Source of the DNA: Okamejei kenojei
Lineage: Eukaryota
Length of the DNA: 64,000 bases
NCBI GenBank assembly: GCA_035221665.1
Contig: CM069142.1
Coordinates: 15,562,001-15,626,000, forward strand
Direction of reading: 5' to 3'
Part shown: piece by piece, positions 37,022 to 49,972 of the stretch
How the letters are laid out: each line of letters begins with the position of its first letter
Numbering within the stretch: the first letter of the stretch is position 1
Translations under genes and position numbers: made by a program
Notes under the pieces: generated by a model
Seen by the model: only the letters and a program-made list of their open reading frames with translations
What the model was told of the DNA's origin: nothing
Database searches by the model: none

Positions 37022-37700
37022 TGCAGGCCAAACAACTCCATTTCATTTCCATTTCCATTTCAACCACAGGGCAGGCCAAAGAACTCATTTCATTTCATTT
37101 TCATTTCCATTTCAAGCACAGGGCAGGCCAAACAACTCATTTCATTTCCATTTCCATTTCAGTTTCAAGCATAGGGCAGGCCAATCAACTCATTTCATTT
37201 TCATTTCATTTCCATTTCCATTTCAGTTTCAAGTACAGGGCAGGCCAAACAACTCATTTCATTTTCAGTTCATTTCAATTTCCATTTCAGTTTTAAGCAC
37301 AGGGCAGGCCAAACAACTCATTTCATTTTCATTTCATTTTCATTTCCATTTCAGTTTCAAGCAGGGCAGGCCAATCAACTCATTTCATTTTCATTTCATT
37401 TCCATTTCCATTTCAGTTTCAAGTACAGGGCAGGCCAAACAACTCATTTCATTTTCAGTTCATTTCCATTTCAGTTTTAAGCACAGGGCAGGCCAAACAA
37501 CTCATTTCATTTTCATTTCATTTTCATTTCCATTTCAGTTTCAAGCAGGGCAGGCCAAACAACTCATATCATTTTCATTTCATTTCCATTTCCATTTCAG
37601 TTTCAAGCACAGGACAGGCCAAACAACTCATTTAATTTTCATTTTATTTCCATTTCAGTTTCAAGCACAGGGCAGGCCAAACAACTAATTTCATTTTCAT
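37022..37700. repeat. ~50-65-bp satellite inside the Helitron, ~12 copies
   Basis: Unit gcacagggcaggccaaacaact followed by (catttc/cattt)n. Confidence 0.95.
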
Positions 37701-40016
37701 TAAGGGCTAACAAATCATTTATTGCAAGTTCAGTAGACTCACAGTTCAGTTGACACACAGCTTAGAATCACAGTTGGACTCTCCTTCACGATCTTCCAGA
37801 GTGACTGACTCGCGTCCGGCCGGCATCCTGGGCTTTATACTCCTGCCCCCCCCCCCGGAAGGGGCGTTACCTTCTTCATGGTGATTGGCAGGTGAGAGGA
37901 CCAATCCGTTGATCTCAATATTTTTTAAGCATTCATAACTTTTTTATTTTTCAGCGATCGGAAAAATCCTTTGGGCTGCTGAAGCGGAGGAGGACTGTGA
38001 GTATGATTGCGAAAAAAATCATAGCAATATAAGGTCACGTTTTTTTCTAAAATCAATTAACAACGTAGACAGGAAATGATCAAGATGAGACTTTTAATAT
38101 AATAATAGAAGATGTGAGGTTTTCCACATTGGAAGGGAAAACAGAAAAACGAAGTATCACTGAAATTGTGCCAGACTGAAGATTGAAGATGATCAGAAGG
38201 ATTTGGAGGCCCTCAGGCATGTGATGTAAAATTAGCATGCAAGTATAGTGAGTAATAAATAAAGCAATGGGGACACTGGCCTTTAATGTAATGCATAAGC
38301 AGGATAGACATGCTGTAACTATTTAGGCCTTTGAAAATATTATACCTGTACTGATAAAGAGTTCTTGTCTCCTTATTTAAGGCAAGATCTACTTACTTTG
38401 GAAATAATGCAGTAAAGCTTGCTCCATATAAAGATACCCAAGTAAAGATTGAGTAAATTGAACCAATGTGGAATATAAAAGAACAAGAAGTGATATTATT
38501 GAACCTTACAGGATTATGACGAGAAAAAAAAGACACAAAGTGCTGGAGTAACTCAGCGGGTCAGCAAGCTTCTTTGGAGAACATAGATGGGTGACATTTT
38601 GGGTTGGAACGCTTGACCAAAACAACACCCACCCATGTTCTCCGGAGATGCTGCCTGACCCTCTGAATCACTCCAACACTTACTGTCTGTTTTTATAGTC
38701 CAACATCTGCTGTTCCTTCTGCCTCATGATTCTGAGGAGGTTTGGGAGTATAGAGGATATGAGTGTGATCCTCTGGTGGGGTAATCTAGAAACAAATCCA
38801 GTTCACATTATAAGAGTTTCTCCATTTAAGGCTATGAATAGGAAAATGTTTCTGCTCTTAAAGGATTTGAGAATTTTTAGAATTCTGTATCATAGGGAGT
38901 TGTAAATTCATAATCATTGAATGCATTTAAGGCTGAGATTGATTTTTGTACAATTGAATGGACAATTATGGGGATCAAGCAGGAAAGTTGAGTTAATCAG
39001 ATCAGCCGTAATCTGACATGCAGAGGCTCAAAGGGTTATATGTCGCACTACTGCTCCTATTTCTTGTTCTTATGAATGGTGAGAATATGGAACTTGCTGC
39101 CACATTTAGAGATGAGTGAAGAGTGTGGAAGCATTTACAGGGAATCTAAAGAGAGAGAAATTAGTAGAAGGATATGTCAATAGAGTGAGATAAAGTGAGG
39201 CTTGAGGAGGCTGTGGGAGCATAGACATTGTCTTGTTGTATTGAATGCCCTGCTTCTGTGCTGCAAGTATTTTTAAGGTTATGTACGACATGTTTACAAC
39301 TTGCTTTATCTTTGCTGAAGCTTCTTGACTTCATTGTAGAAATGAAAAGAGGAACAAATTTATCTTTGTTGCCTCTCATGTTTGATGGGAGGGCAACAGC
39401 CACTGGTTGTGAAACCTCCCACATATTCTGGTGCATTGGCTTTGATGGACCAGAGGTGAGGAGGTAAGTTTAATGAGGAGTCAATACTAGTAATCCAATT
39501 ATCACAAACCAACAAATAATAATCCCCCCCCCCCCCCCCCCCCCCCCCCCCCGTTTCCTAATATTGGAAGCCATCATTTCAATTGTCAAAATGGTCCTAA
39601 ACAAGGATCTACTGGCCCATTGTAAGTTTGGGAAATGCTGAATGGTATGGGCTGGCACATCTATCCCCATTGAGTCCAACAACGGAGCACTCGCCTCATA
39701 CCACACCCCTTCATCCTCCCACAGTATTAACCAGTAATCTGCCTCTCCACTCTTGTGCCAGTCAGTCTTACAGTATTGTAGGTTCAGAGACCTCCAATCA
39801 CGTGAGAGAACAAGAGGAAAAATTAATTGTATATCGCAACCTCTCTGCTTGTATCGGTGACATTGTATATCCATCTTAATAATGCATCCACTGTGGCATC
39901 CGTTTGGGTGCTAAATATTTAATATCTTAATCACAGTGAAACAGGAGAGAGTCCGTAAGAGCGTCAAGGGTGTTTTATTGTCATTTGTCCCAAAATAGAA
40001 CAGAGAAATTCTTACT

Positions 40017-40303
40017 GACAGTGGCACGGGCGGTGGCACGGGCGGTGGCACAGCGGAAGAGTTGCTGCTTTACAACGCTTGCAGACCCGAGTTCGATCCT
40101 GACTATGATTGCTATCTGTACGGAGTTTGTACATTCTTCCCGTGACTGCGTAGGTTTTCGCTGAGAACATTGGTTTCCTAGTGTGAAAATTGTCCCTAGT
40201 GTATGTGTAGGAGAGTGTTAATGCGCGGGGATCGTTGGTCGGTGCAGACTCGGTGGGCCAAAGAGCCTGTTTCCGTGCTGTATCTCTACACGAAACAAAA
40301 CTA
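40017..40303 (+). mobile_element. V-SINE (HE1-like) with duplicated head
   Basis: gtggcacgggcg repeated at the head, B box GAGTTCGATCC, CR1-like tail. Confidence 0.8.
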
Positions 40304-40695
40304 AGCACAACAGATATGTAGGCATTGTACTCAGTACGAGACCAAAAAAAGTTCAATAATAAAAAAACAAACATACAATATAGTGCAAAGACAAAATCTG
40401 CAAATTTCTTGTGGGAACCATTGTGGGAATTGTGGACATGGGTTCAAGATTGGTCATTAAATGTTTCAGTCAGTAACAATCTGATTTGACTGTCTAACAA
40501 TAACTGGTGGAAACCTTTGATGTCAAAGTGGTTCCTTTCCTATCCGAGTATCATTCCTCATTCACGTTGCTGGCATTCACATTGTAAGACAATGAGCTTT
40601 TCCTGCTTGTTGTCCATAACATTGTTTTTGGAAGAATCACCAGCGACCTTTACCGTGGAAATGGTGTCATATTGCAATGAAAGGGCTCACTAACA

Positions 40696-41004
40696 AGACT
40701 TTAGACTTTAGAGATACAGTGAGGAAACAGGTTCTTCGGCCCGCTGAATCCGACCAGCAATCACCCCGTACACTAACAGTATCCTACACACTAGGGACAA
40801 TTTACAATTTTATTTACCAAAGCTAATTAACCTACAAACCATTTGGAATGTGGGAGGAAACCCGAGCACCATGAGAAAACCCACGCGGTCACGGGGAGAA
40901 TGTACAAACTCCGTACAGACAGCACCCATAGTCAGGATCAAACCATATTTCACCCAAATCTGGCGCGGTAAGGCAGCAACTCTACCACTGCACCACCATG
41001 CCAC
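40696..41004 (-). mobile_element. V-SINE (HE1-like), near full length
   Basis: Reverse complement of head, V-domain and (agacttt)n tail. Confidence 0.85.
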
Positions 41005-42420
41005 CCAATGAAACTTCGAATGAAGTTTGTGTTTGTCCTATTTAATTTCCCTCTGCCATGGTCCAGTCTTTTTTAAATGTTTTTGAGGAAGCATTTACTA
41101 CCTCAGGCAGGGTTTTTGGTGCCATGGCAAAGTAATTCTTCAGACTCATCAGGCTGTTTGTTAATGGTATTTTGCTGATCCTTTTCACTTTCCTCTCTCT
41201 CCTTAGAATCAAATGGATAGTAGCTGTGTCGACGTTCCTATTGACAGACTGATCATTAACTTTCACTCTAAAGTTAAGATCACTGCATTTTGCTGTATGT
41301 CTGCAGGCTGTGCAGGCTTCAGTCTTCATGCTAGTTATCACCTCTGCGACTGCTCAAGCCTCTCTTTGTGGATTTCTGTTATTAGTGCAGCCCTAAACTA
41401 AGAACCTATTTGGCTGGTGTTTCTGGCCTGGTTTGTACACAAAGTTACAGTAAACCCTCGTTATTACGGACATATACAGATTTTGGCTACAGTGGACGGA
41501 CCTACCGACCTTCAACACCAGGCCAGGCTGCTGACACCAGCCCACACCACCATCCCTGCCACATCAATGCCAGATCTACCAACGTTCACCGCCAAGCTGG
41601 GCTGCTGACGCTGGCTCCCTCCACCTCCGCGACAGCTTGCAGCCTGGACCTACTACTGCCACCACCAGCCCACACAGCTTCCTCAGCCACACCTGCCACT
41701 GCCACTGCCACCCTTTACCTGCACTCCGGCCACCTGTGGGCTGCGACCAATGACTCCACCGATCCTTACCTCCAGGGCTGGCAACTCTCCTGGATTCCAG
41801 ATCCAGTTAAAAAATGAGAGTCTAAAGAAGAGTCTCGACCCAAAACGTCACCTATCCATGTTCTCCAGGAATGTTGGAGTTACTCCAGCACTTTGTGCCC
41901 TGTTGTGTATTAGCCAGGATCTGCAGTTCTTGTTTCTACTACTTGTACAAAGATACTCTATTACTCGTGTTTCTTTCTTTGTCATCCTGTTGACTGGATA
42001 GCACACAACAAAAGCTTTTCACTGTACCTCGGTACACATGACAATAAACTAAAGTGAACTGAAACATTCCTTTATGCCATGGCTCATGTCCGTTAAATCA
42101 GTCCCACCTTTTCTGTCTCACTCATATTTCACCCAAATCTCACTCATGTAATTTGCTGTTCTGTGCTGCCGATTTTGCTGCTGTCATTTGTCCTTATAGA
42201 GAATTGATTGAGGAATTATGCACTGGGGTGAAATGCTTTCATAATCTTGAAACCCATGTGGCATTTTAATGTGCATATCTTAAGGCTTAAATCTTGTGTA
42301 TTTAATAATATGAAATGAATTTGTTTGTGTTTAGTTCAGTTTGGTTTATTGTCCCATGTACTGAAATACAGTGTAAAGCTTTTGTGGCATGCCAACCAGT
42401 CAGCAGAAAGACAATACGTG

Positions 42421-42932
42421 ATTGCTATTGAGGGAGTGCAGCGTAGGTTTACAAGGTTAATTCCCGGGATGGCGGGACTGTCATATGCTGAGAGAATGGA
42501 GCGGCTGGGCTTGTATACTCTGGGGTTTAGAAGGATGAGAGGGCAGCTTATTGAAACATATAAGATTATTAAGGGTTTGGACATGCTAGTGGCAGGAAAC
42601 ATGTTCCTGATGTTGGGGGAGTCCAGAACCAGGGGCCACAGTTTATGAATAAGGGGTAAGCCATTTAGAATAGAGACAAGGAAACACTTTTTCTCACAGA
42701 GAGTTGTGAGTCTGTGGAATTCTCTGCCTCAGAGGGCGGTGGAGGCCGGTTCTCTGGATACTTTCAAGAGAGAGCTAGATAGGGCTCTTAAATATAGCGG
42801 AGTCAGGGGATATGGGGAGAAGGCAGGAATGGTGTACTGATTGGGATGATCAGCCATGATCACATTGAATGGCGGTGCTGGCTCGAAGGGCCGAATGGCC
42901 TACTGAACCTATTGTTTATTGTCTATTGTCTA
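42421..42932 (+). mobile_element. Young CR1 3' fragment, same family as 16070-19093
   Basis: Highly similar to ~18583-19093 (AIEGVQRRFTRLIPGMAGLSY...), ending in (CTATTGT)n. It is inserted in an older reverse-oriented LINE tail. Confidence 0.92.
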
Positions 42933-43772
42933 TAGTCTACAATCAAGCCATTTACAGTGGATAAATACATGATAAGGGAATATCATTTAGTGCAAGGTAA
43001 AGCCAGTAAAGTTCGATCAAAAATAGTCCCGAGGGTCACCAATAAGATAGATAGCAGTTAAAACTGTCTTGTATTCTGAAAAATGCCAAACTTCTATTCT
43101 GAAAAATGCCAAAAATACAGAATCAAAGCAAATTCTTCAACATGGATATATAATCATTGATGGTCTGCCCTTGTTTTTGTTCCTGAATTTTGACAGTCAC
43201 TGAAGGTGCTGAACTAAAGTGATGCAGCAATCTGTTTATCATCTTTTTGAATGAAACTGCTTCTCTCTTGGGCAGCAGATGTTATGCCAAAGGGGCATCT
43301 GTATCCAGGCCCATCACTGTAAGAATGCACCTTATGCTCTGGTATGGCTTTTCTTTAAGTGGCACAATTGCACCTTCATCTTCAATTTTTACAATAATGT
43401 TTGCCCTGAAGATCATGTCCTTCATTTCTAAAGAAGTTGACAGAATAGTGCTTTGATGTAATTGGATGGCATCTTATCCGCCATTTTGCACTGCTCTGAA
43501 CTAAAGACATGCATTCAGCATGCAACATTTTATTTATTTTATACCCATTTGAACTCGTGTGCGCATTATAATTGCAGCGTCTAATCCCGATTTTTTTTTG
43601 TTTTAGATTTTCCCCATGCCCCTGAATGCAGGGACATTCAGTGTGGGAAGTCTTGTACTTAAGGTATGTTCACTCCTTTATCGTCCTGTCTCCAGTGCAC
43701 CCTGTCGTTCACTAGCCTCTACTGAACTGACATCCAGAGTGCAGAGAGTAATAGTGAGAGCTGCAGAAGATG

Positions 43773-44774
43773 CAGAGCTGTCAACTCTCACACACTGAGC
43801 ACGAGAATCATGCATTTCGCCAAATTCTCACGCTCTCACGCTGATCACAGAATCTCTCACACTCTGTCGTGAGAAATTCTGGGATCAACGAGAATTTCAA
43901 AACTAATATCAACTGCATGGACCGCGTGGATTGGAAAGCCGGGGCAGAGGGAGGGATTGAGTGGCAGTGGCAGATGCGGACAGGGAGCCGGGGCTGGTGA
44001 GTGTTTGCTGGGCTGGCGAGTCGCTCGCTGCAGTTCCGGCCATGGAGCAGCCTCAGTGCAAGGGTCCCGGGCGTTCGTCGGAAGCGTTGCGCCGCTGCCG
44101 TGAGAGTCTGTGCCAAATTCGCCCTGGTGACCAGCATGGGCCAGGCTGTGGCTCGGTGCATCCTGGAGGTCAACCAGTGGCTGCTGGAAGTAGGTACCAA
44201 GCCACTGAGCGGTGGCAGATAGTGGACTTTAAATGGAGGTGGTTGGAGAAAGCATCCTGTTTGCCTGCTAGATTTTCACTTATTGTAACTGCTGGAAAAA
44301 ATGTTCCTGATGTTGGGGAAGTTCAGAACCAGAGGTCACACAGTTCAAGAATAAGGGGTCGGCCATTTAGAACTGAGATGAGGACAAACTTTCTTCACCC
44401 AGAAAGTTGTGAATCTGTGGAATTCTCTGCCACAGAAGGCAGTGGAGGCCAATTCACTGGATGTTTTCAAGAGAGAGTTACATTTAGCAACTTTTTGATT
44501 TACAAACAAAATAAAGGGTTATGGGGGAAAAAACAGGAATCTGATTTCCATACATGAATACACTAAGATCATTCATGTGCTGCACCTGTTGATCAGAGCT
44601 TGGTTCTACTGTGGAATGTAGTTAGGAATTTAGCCTAACCTTATGCATAGCTAATTTAAAGCATAAATATTGCATTCAAGTGTAAGTTAAAAGACTCGCT
44701 ATAGTTTGCACCAGATTGCACAACTTAATGTTGAAAAATGCAAAAGCTCCATACCACACGCCCCTCCCACACTC

Positions 44775-44809
<35 letters not shown>

Positions 44810-44855
44810 GGGCTTGGTCTCTCGCAATTTCTCACTCCCAATGTTGGCAGCCCTG
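43773..44855. mobile_element. Non-autonomous DNA transposon with a 5-bp TSD (hAT5-like), containing a nested CR1 3' fragment (~44290-44545)
   Basis: TIRs CAGAGCTGTCAAC / GTTGGCAGCCCTG, TSD AGATG on both sides, and subterminal CTCAC/GTGAG repeats. Confidence 0.72.
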
Positions 44856-44904
44856 AGATGTGACTGGTTCAATCATGGTTCTGATCAGGTTCACATGTGC
44901 ACAC

Positions 44905-45056
44905 GATTATTTATATATATAATCTTATATATATTAATAATATTATATATAAGATTATATATATAAATAATCTTATATAAATAATTAATATAGATTATTT
45001 ATATTAATAATATTATAATATATAATATGATTAAACATATATATATATGATTAAAC
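44905..45056. repeat. AT-rich low-complexity tract
   Basis: Almost entirely A/T, with (TA)n and TAA units. Confidence 0.9.
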
Positions 45057-45128
45057 ATGTCATGTGATGTCCACATATTTATTTATACATGCAGATGTAA
45101 AGCGACCCAACCTATCTAATCGTTTTGC

Positions 45129-45812
45129 TAGGTAGACAAAAATGCTGGAGAAACTCAACGGGTGAGGCAGCATCTCTGGAGCGAAGGAATAGGCGATGTT
45201 TTGGGTCAAAACCCTTCTTCAGACTGATGTGGGGGGGGGTGGGATAAAGAAAGAAAGAGGCGGAGACAGTAGGGTGTGGGAGAGCTGGGAAGGGGGGGGG
45301 GGGAAGGAGGGAGAAAGCAAGGACGAAATTGGAGAAGTCAATGTTCATATCGCTGGGGTGTAAACTAATTGTTTACACCCCAGCTGCTGCTCCAATTTGT
45401 GGTGGGACTCACGCTGGCCATGGAAAAGGCCCAGGACAGAAAGGTCAGATTCGGAATGGGAGGGGGTGTTGTAGTGCTTATTGCGAACTGAGCGGAGGTG
45501 TTGGGCAAAGCGATCGCCAAGCCTACGCTTGGTCTCACCGATGTAGAGCAGTTGACACCTAGAACAGCGGATGAGGTTGGAGGAGGTGCAGGTGAACCTC
45601 TGCCTCACCTGGAAAGACTGCTTGGGTGCTTGGGTGCTTGGATGGAGTCGAGGGGGGGAGGTAAAGCAACAAGTGTAGCATTTCCTGCGGTTGCAAGGGA
45701 AAGTACCAGGGGAAGGGTGGCTTGGGTGGGAAGGGATGAATTGACCAGAGTTACGGAGGGAACGGTCTCTGCGGAAAGCCGAAAGGGGAGGAGTTGGGAA
45801 GATGTGGTGGGA
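45129..45812 (-). mobile_element. Penelope-like element: GIY-YIG endonuclease fragment plus terminal repeat
   Basis: AFRRDRSLRNS...GTFPCNRRKCYTC...FTCTSSNL..CSRCQLLYIGETKRRLGDRF..HL (GIY-YIG region with a Cys-rich linker), followed by the TCAGTCTGAAGAAGGG...ACCC core and the common terminal repeat. Confidence 0.9.
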
Positions 45813-48800
45813 AGTTGGAGGAATCATTATGCTAGATCTTGTTTGAGAATACAGCATCCAGTTTTGCTTCCAACACATGGCAAGTGATACTAAGGACTTG
45901 GATGGGATGCTCAATCTAATTTCTACCATGATCCATCTGGGTGAGTGGGAACGACCAAAATTGTGCATTTCAGGGAGTCTTAGCCTTAAGGAAGATCTGA
46001 CTGAGGAAATCGATTCTAGTTCATGCTTATAAATAGGCAGGAAAGGATTACAGGCCATAAATTTAAAGTATGCAAAGCCAAATCTAGGTTAAATCTCAGA
46101 AGGTGTTCTTTCTACCAGTGAATAGTGGACCCCAGAACAGAATACAGTCTCGTGCAACAGATGCTGACTTCTTGTCTGCTTTCAGTTGAGAGTTGTGTGC
46201 TTCTATTTGGAGCAGACATTACTTCAGGACAATCTCCTGCTCCAGCTTCAGTTGACATACTTGGCTGGATTGTCTTGGTTATGCCCACACTTAGTTCCTC
46301 TGAGCACGAAACTCCCACACCAGACAAGTATTAGACATGACCAAGTGAGTTCCTAATAGCAAACAGGACTCAGGTGGTGTATCCTACGGCTTACCTCAGC
46401 TTTCAAAACACTCTAACTATTTCGGTCCCTATTGAAAATGCCTTGTTCAAAGCTTCCAGCACTTTGCTTGCCTTTTATATCTATTGCTACTGCAATAGAT
46501 ATAAACAACATTAAAAATTTAATATTTTGAACCATAAATAATATATTTCGTTGATCTACATTAAAATGTTCTCAAATAATCAAATAAATAGTACAACCAA
46601 ATAAAATAAAATAAATAAAGCAACAGAGATGGACAAATGCCAGGCAAAACCCACACAAATCTACAAACTCACACACACTTGACACACAGAAGGCAACCAT
46701 TTGGTGCGCAGTGACTGTAAATTGTCAAAGAAATCTAATTCAAAAACGTTACCTTCTTACCAAAAATCTTATGTTTTCCCTGCTGCGAATGTACATTTAT
46801 TCTTCCACTCACAAATCCAATGGGGTTCCGTGGTAACCACCTATTACAAAATATTCTCGTCACTGCTCTCCTTTTTTTGGGAACATCCAAAAAAGTAATT
46901 GTCTGTGATCAATCAAATAAAGCTGCTTTTCCTATTCCACAGCAGACGTCATTGCATATCAAGGAAACAAATCCTCATTAAACCCAGAATCACCCGAGTC
47001 TGCAGGCACTGGAAACTGTAGTGAAAAGCAAACTGCTGGAGGAACTCAATGGTTCAGGCAGCATCTGCGAAGAGCAACGGACAGTAGATGTTTTGGGTCT
47101 TGATTTCCTTCCACTGATTCTGCCTAACCCACTGAGTTCCTCCAGCAGTTTGTTTTTTGTTCCATTAAATCTTATCTATTCTCTACTGCAGTAGATGTAC
47201 ATTCAGCATCTCAAGTCTGATTAAAATATAAACCAACAATGTTGTATAATATTGTGAATTATGAACGAATTATGCTTTCAGTTCAATCACAGCAATCTAC
47301 ATTTATGGTAATTGCTCACTGGAAGCTTGCAGCACTTTCAAATTGTCTTTGTGTTTCAGCTTTTCTGCTGCACAAAATGTACCTTTAGTTGACCAATGTA
47401 CTTTTCTTGTTCAAGCTAGTTGAATCTAACTGCAGGATTTAATGGGTTGCATCAATAAAAACATGAAACTAGAGTTCAGTTCAGTTCAAAACTGGAAAGT
47501 ACGTTCAGTCGGACCACAAGTTCAAACCTCTGGAAAACATGTATTGCACTTTTGCATGGACTTCCATTTCACTTTCCAAGACAAGAGTGCTTCCATTTCA
47601 CAACAAATGTGCTACTTATTTCGAGAATCACGCTAAGATCTAAGTAGGTGCCAGCCAAAGGTTCAAAAGTAATGCAGCAATTATCATTCTTATTTAAAGA
47701 AAGAAAGGCAATTATGGCCAGGGGCATTTGAGAAGCAACAGCTTTGAGTCGTAGTGATATAGTAGTGGTATAGTAGAGAAAAATGTTGATTAATACTAAT
47801 TATATCTGAGTGCAAATTAAACATTTTTGTAACATTGTGTGTTTTTCACCAGTTCCAGCCAGTCACATGTTCATCGTTAATTATTGCAAACTGGTGAATT
47901 GTTGCTTGGACCGAAACATATTTGTAACTCTGTGTATTGTTCAGCTACAAATACACTTTCAATGCTCTGAATCATGAATGATTTATGACAGTAGAGCAAC
48001 ATATTTTGCTTCTATTAAATGCATTGTTAGCTGTAATGTTTCTTTCAAACGGGCAGTGGTCTGTACCAAAAATGACTTACTGCATTAAATAACATTTGTT
48101 AACAATGATCGCATAAAAGTTTATAAAAACCCTTTGTTTAAAAAAAAAATCTGTTTGAAGGGAAAAAAAGATTTTCCAAGCACAAAACAATACAGACCAA
48201 AATAAATAGCATAAAAATATCACATTACTGTAATGACCTTTGGTGATGATGACATATTTCTCTTCACCCTGCCCAAACTAATGAGAGTTCTGGATCTTGT
48301 GAAAACCTGCTGATTTTTTCTTTAAACCAGGCAGCAAGAATGATTAAGACCCTGCGTTTCTGATTTAGTTGAATCAATTAAATCCTGCAGTGTCACATTG
48401 TTCCCAAACACCCATAACTTGAGGTCTCAATTAGAGGCAGCTATTCCAAGATGTTATAACGAAGTTGACACCAGTGAGAATAGGGAAAGCACTCATTTCT
48501 GTTGGGCCTGAAATCACAAGAAAATCTAGCCGAATAAATCCTGAAAATGCCGAGGTATTTTTTGGATGTTAAATCAAAATTCTCTCCATATCCACCAATT
48601 CTCGCCACCTGAACAGACGATTGCACAATTAAATATATGTATTAAACTATATTAAGCTATTTGTATACACAAAGGTATAGAGTTTCAATTATATGGTGTG
48701 CTGACTCAATGGGGCCGAATGGCCTATCCCTGCACCTATTTTTCTATGTTTTTTATGTTTATACGGATAGACAGGTACAGACACTTAGAATAGATATGTA

Positions 48801-49464
48801 CAGCAAAATGAATGGATGTCGCCAGCTCCTCACCCATGGACATCACCAACCTGCACTCAGATGGGCCGGAAGCAGCTGGTCGATCTTATTGACCCTCTGC
48901 ACCCAGGAGTTAGATGGTGAGGCTTTTGCAAGATTTCAACAACCAAGAGACTGCAAGCAGTGCTGAGCTGAGGCCCTTTCTCTGAAAGGACCCTGATCGT
49001 TTTTCACTGTAGACTGAGGGTGGATGGAGCCTTGTTTCCTGTCAGAACTTGCAAGGTTATTGTCACTTTTTATGCGCTTCTGAATTAACAAAGACATTAA
49101 AATTGAAGTAATTAAATAATTATTAATTAAATTAATAAAAATAGAAAGTATTGAATTGTAAAAATCGATAAAACAAAAAAATTGAGTATGATAAATCTTT
49201 AAGAAAATCATCTATCCACTGCATTCTCTGGGTCAAAGATCCCTATTGCAATGAATGGGAGCACAGATTTCTAAACTGGGGCCAGTGAATATAGGATTGG
49301 AGAGTTGGATTTCTTTGCAATTCTGGAGTCCCAGCAAGATTGGGGTGTGCTGCTGAACTCCAGAAAGAATGCAGGTCTCCTCTCGAATAAAATTAAAACC
49401 AGGTTTAAAACAACAAATCTAAACCTGACTCCAGTGTTGCAGACCCGCCAAGGTCTACTGAATC

Positions 49465-49972
49465 CCTCAGTTGGTAACCAGTTTAACTACCCTTCCCATT
49501 CCCATTCTGATCTTTCTGTCCTGGGTCATCACCATTGCCAGTGTGAGGCCATTCGTAAACTGGAGGAACAGCAGGCCATATTCCGCTTGGGTAGCTTACA
49601 ACCCAACGGTATGAACATTGAATTCTCCAATTTTAAGTAACCTCTCACAAACCCACCCCCACCCCCTTCCCTCCACTGCCCCACCTGGTGCCCACCTATT
49701 TTTTCCCTCCACTCCTCCCTCTGGCTTACAGTCCACAATTCTTCAAACCTGTCTCACGCCTTTATCTATCTCTTCCCTTTTTTCCATCCATCTGCCTATC
49801 AACCACCCCCCCTTCCCTAAATTGACACTTTGTCCTGCCTCTCCCCTTTTCTAGCTTTCTTCTCCCCCCACCTACAATCAGTCTGAAGAGAGGACCTCAC
49901 CCAAAACGTCACCTATGCTTCTTCTTCAGAGATGCTGCCTGATCAGAGGAATAGCTCCAGAATTTTGTGTCC
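49465..49972 (+). mobile_element. Penelope-like element 3' fragment
   Basis: FNYPSHSHSDLSVLG..HCQCEAIRKLEEQQAIFRLGSLQPNGMNIEF, then the terminal repeat. Confidence 0.82.

Larger units (their letters stand above)
36115..38112 (-). mobile_element. Non-autonomous Helitron (1998 bp)
   Basis: - strand 5' end TCTTCTATTATTATATTAAAAG; 3' hairpin GGGACCC-AAC-GGGTCCC, 7 nt, then CTAG. Inserted between A and T with no TSD. The flanks rejoin into a CR1 motif. Confidence 0.88.
35990..39075 (+). mobile_element. Old CR1 fragment hosting the Helitron and a Penelope-derived insert (~38525-38725)
   Basis: SKFA..., W.ME.NMEK|CEVFHIGR across the Helitron, and a CR1 3' tail (actgctcctatttcttgttcttatg). Confidence 0.65.

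Noticed and set aside
36134-37688. Repetitive ORFs (GWQLSHSGLV)n and FHFHF-rich ORFs
   Set aside because: They are translations of stop-free tandem repeats inside the Helitron.
36331-37700. CRISPR-like appearance of the regular repeats
   Set aside because: There are no unique spacers and no cas genes, and the context is eukaryotic; these are tandem repeats.
39470-39874. 134-aa - strand ORF
   Set aside because: No recognisable domain, and it runs into a homopolymer tract.
41446-41500. Tc1/pogo-like terminus TACAGTAAACCCTCGTTATTACGGAC
   Set aside because: I could not find a matching opposite TIR, so the element cannot be delimited.
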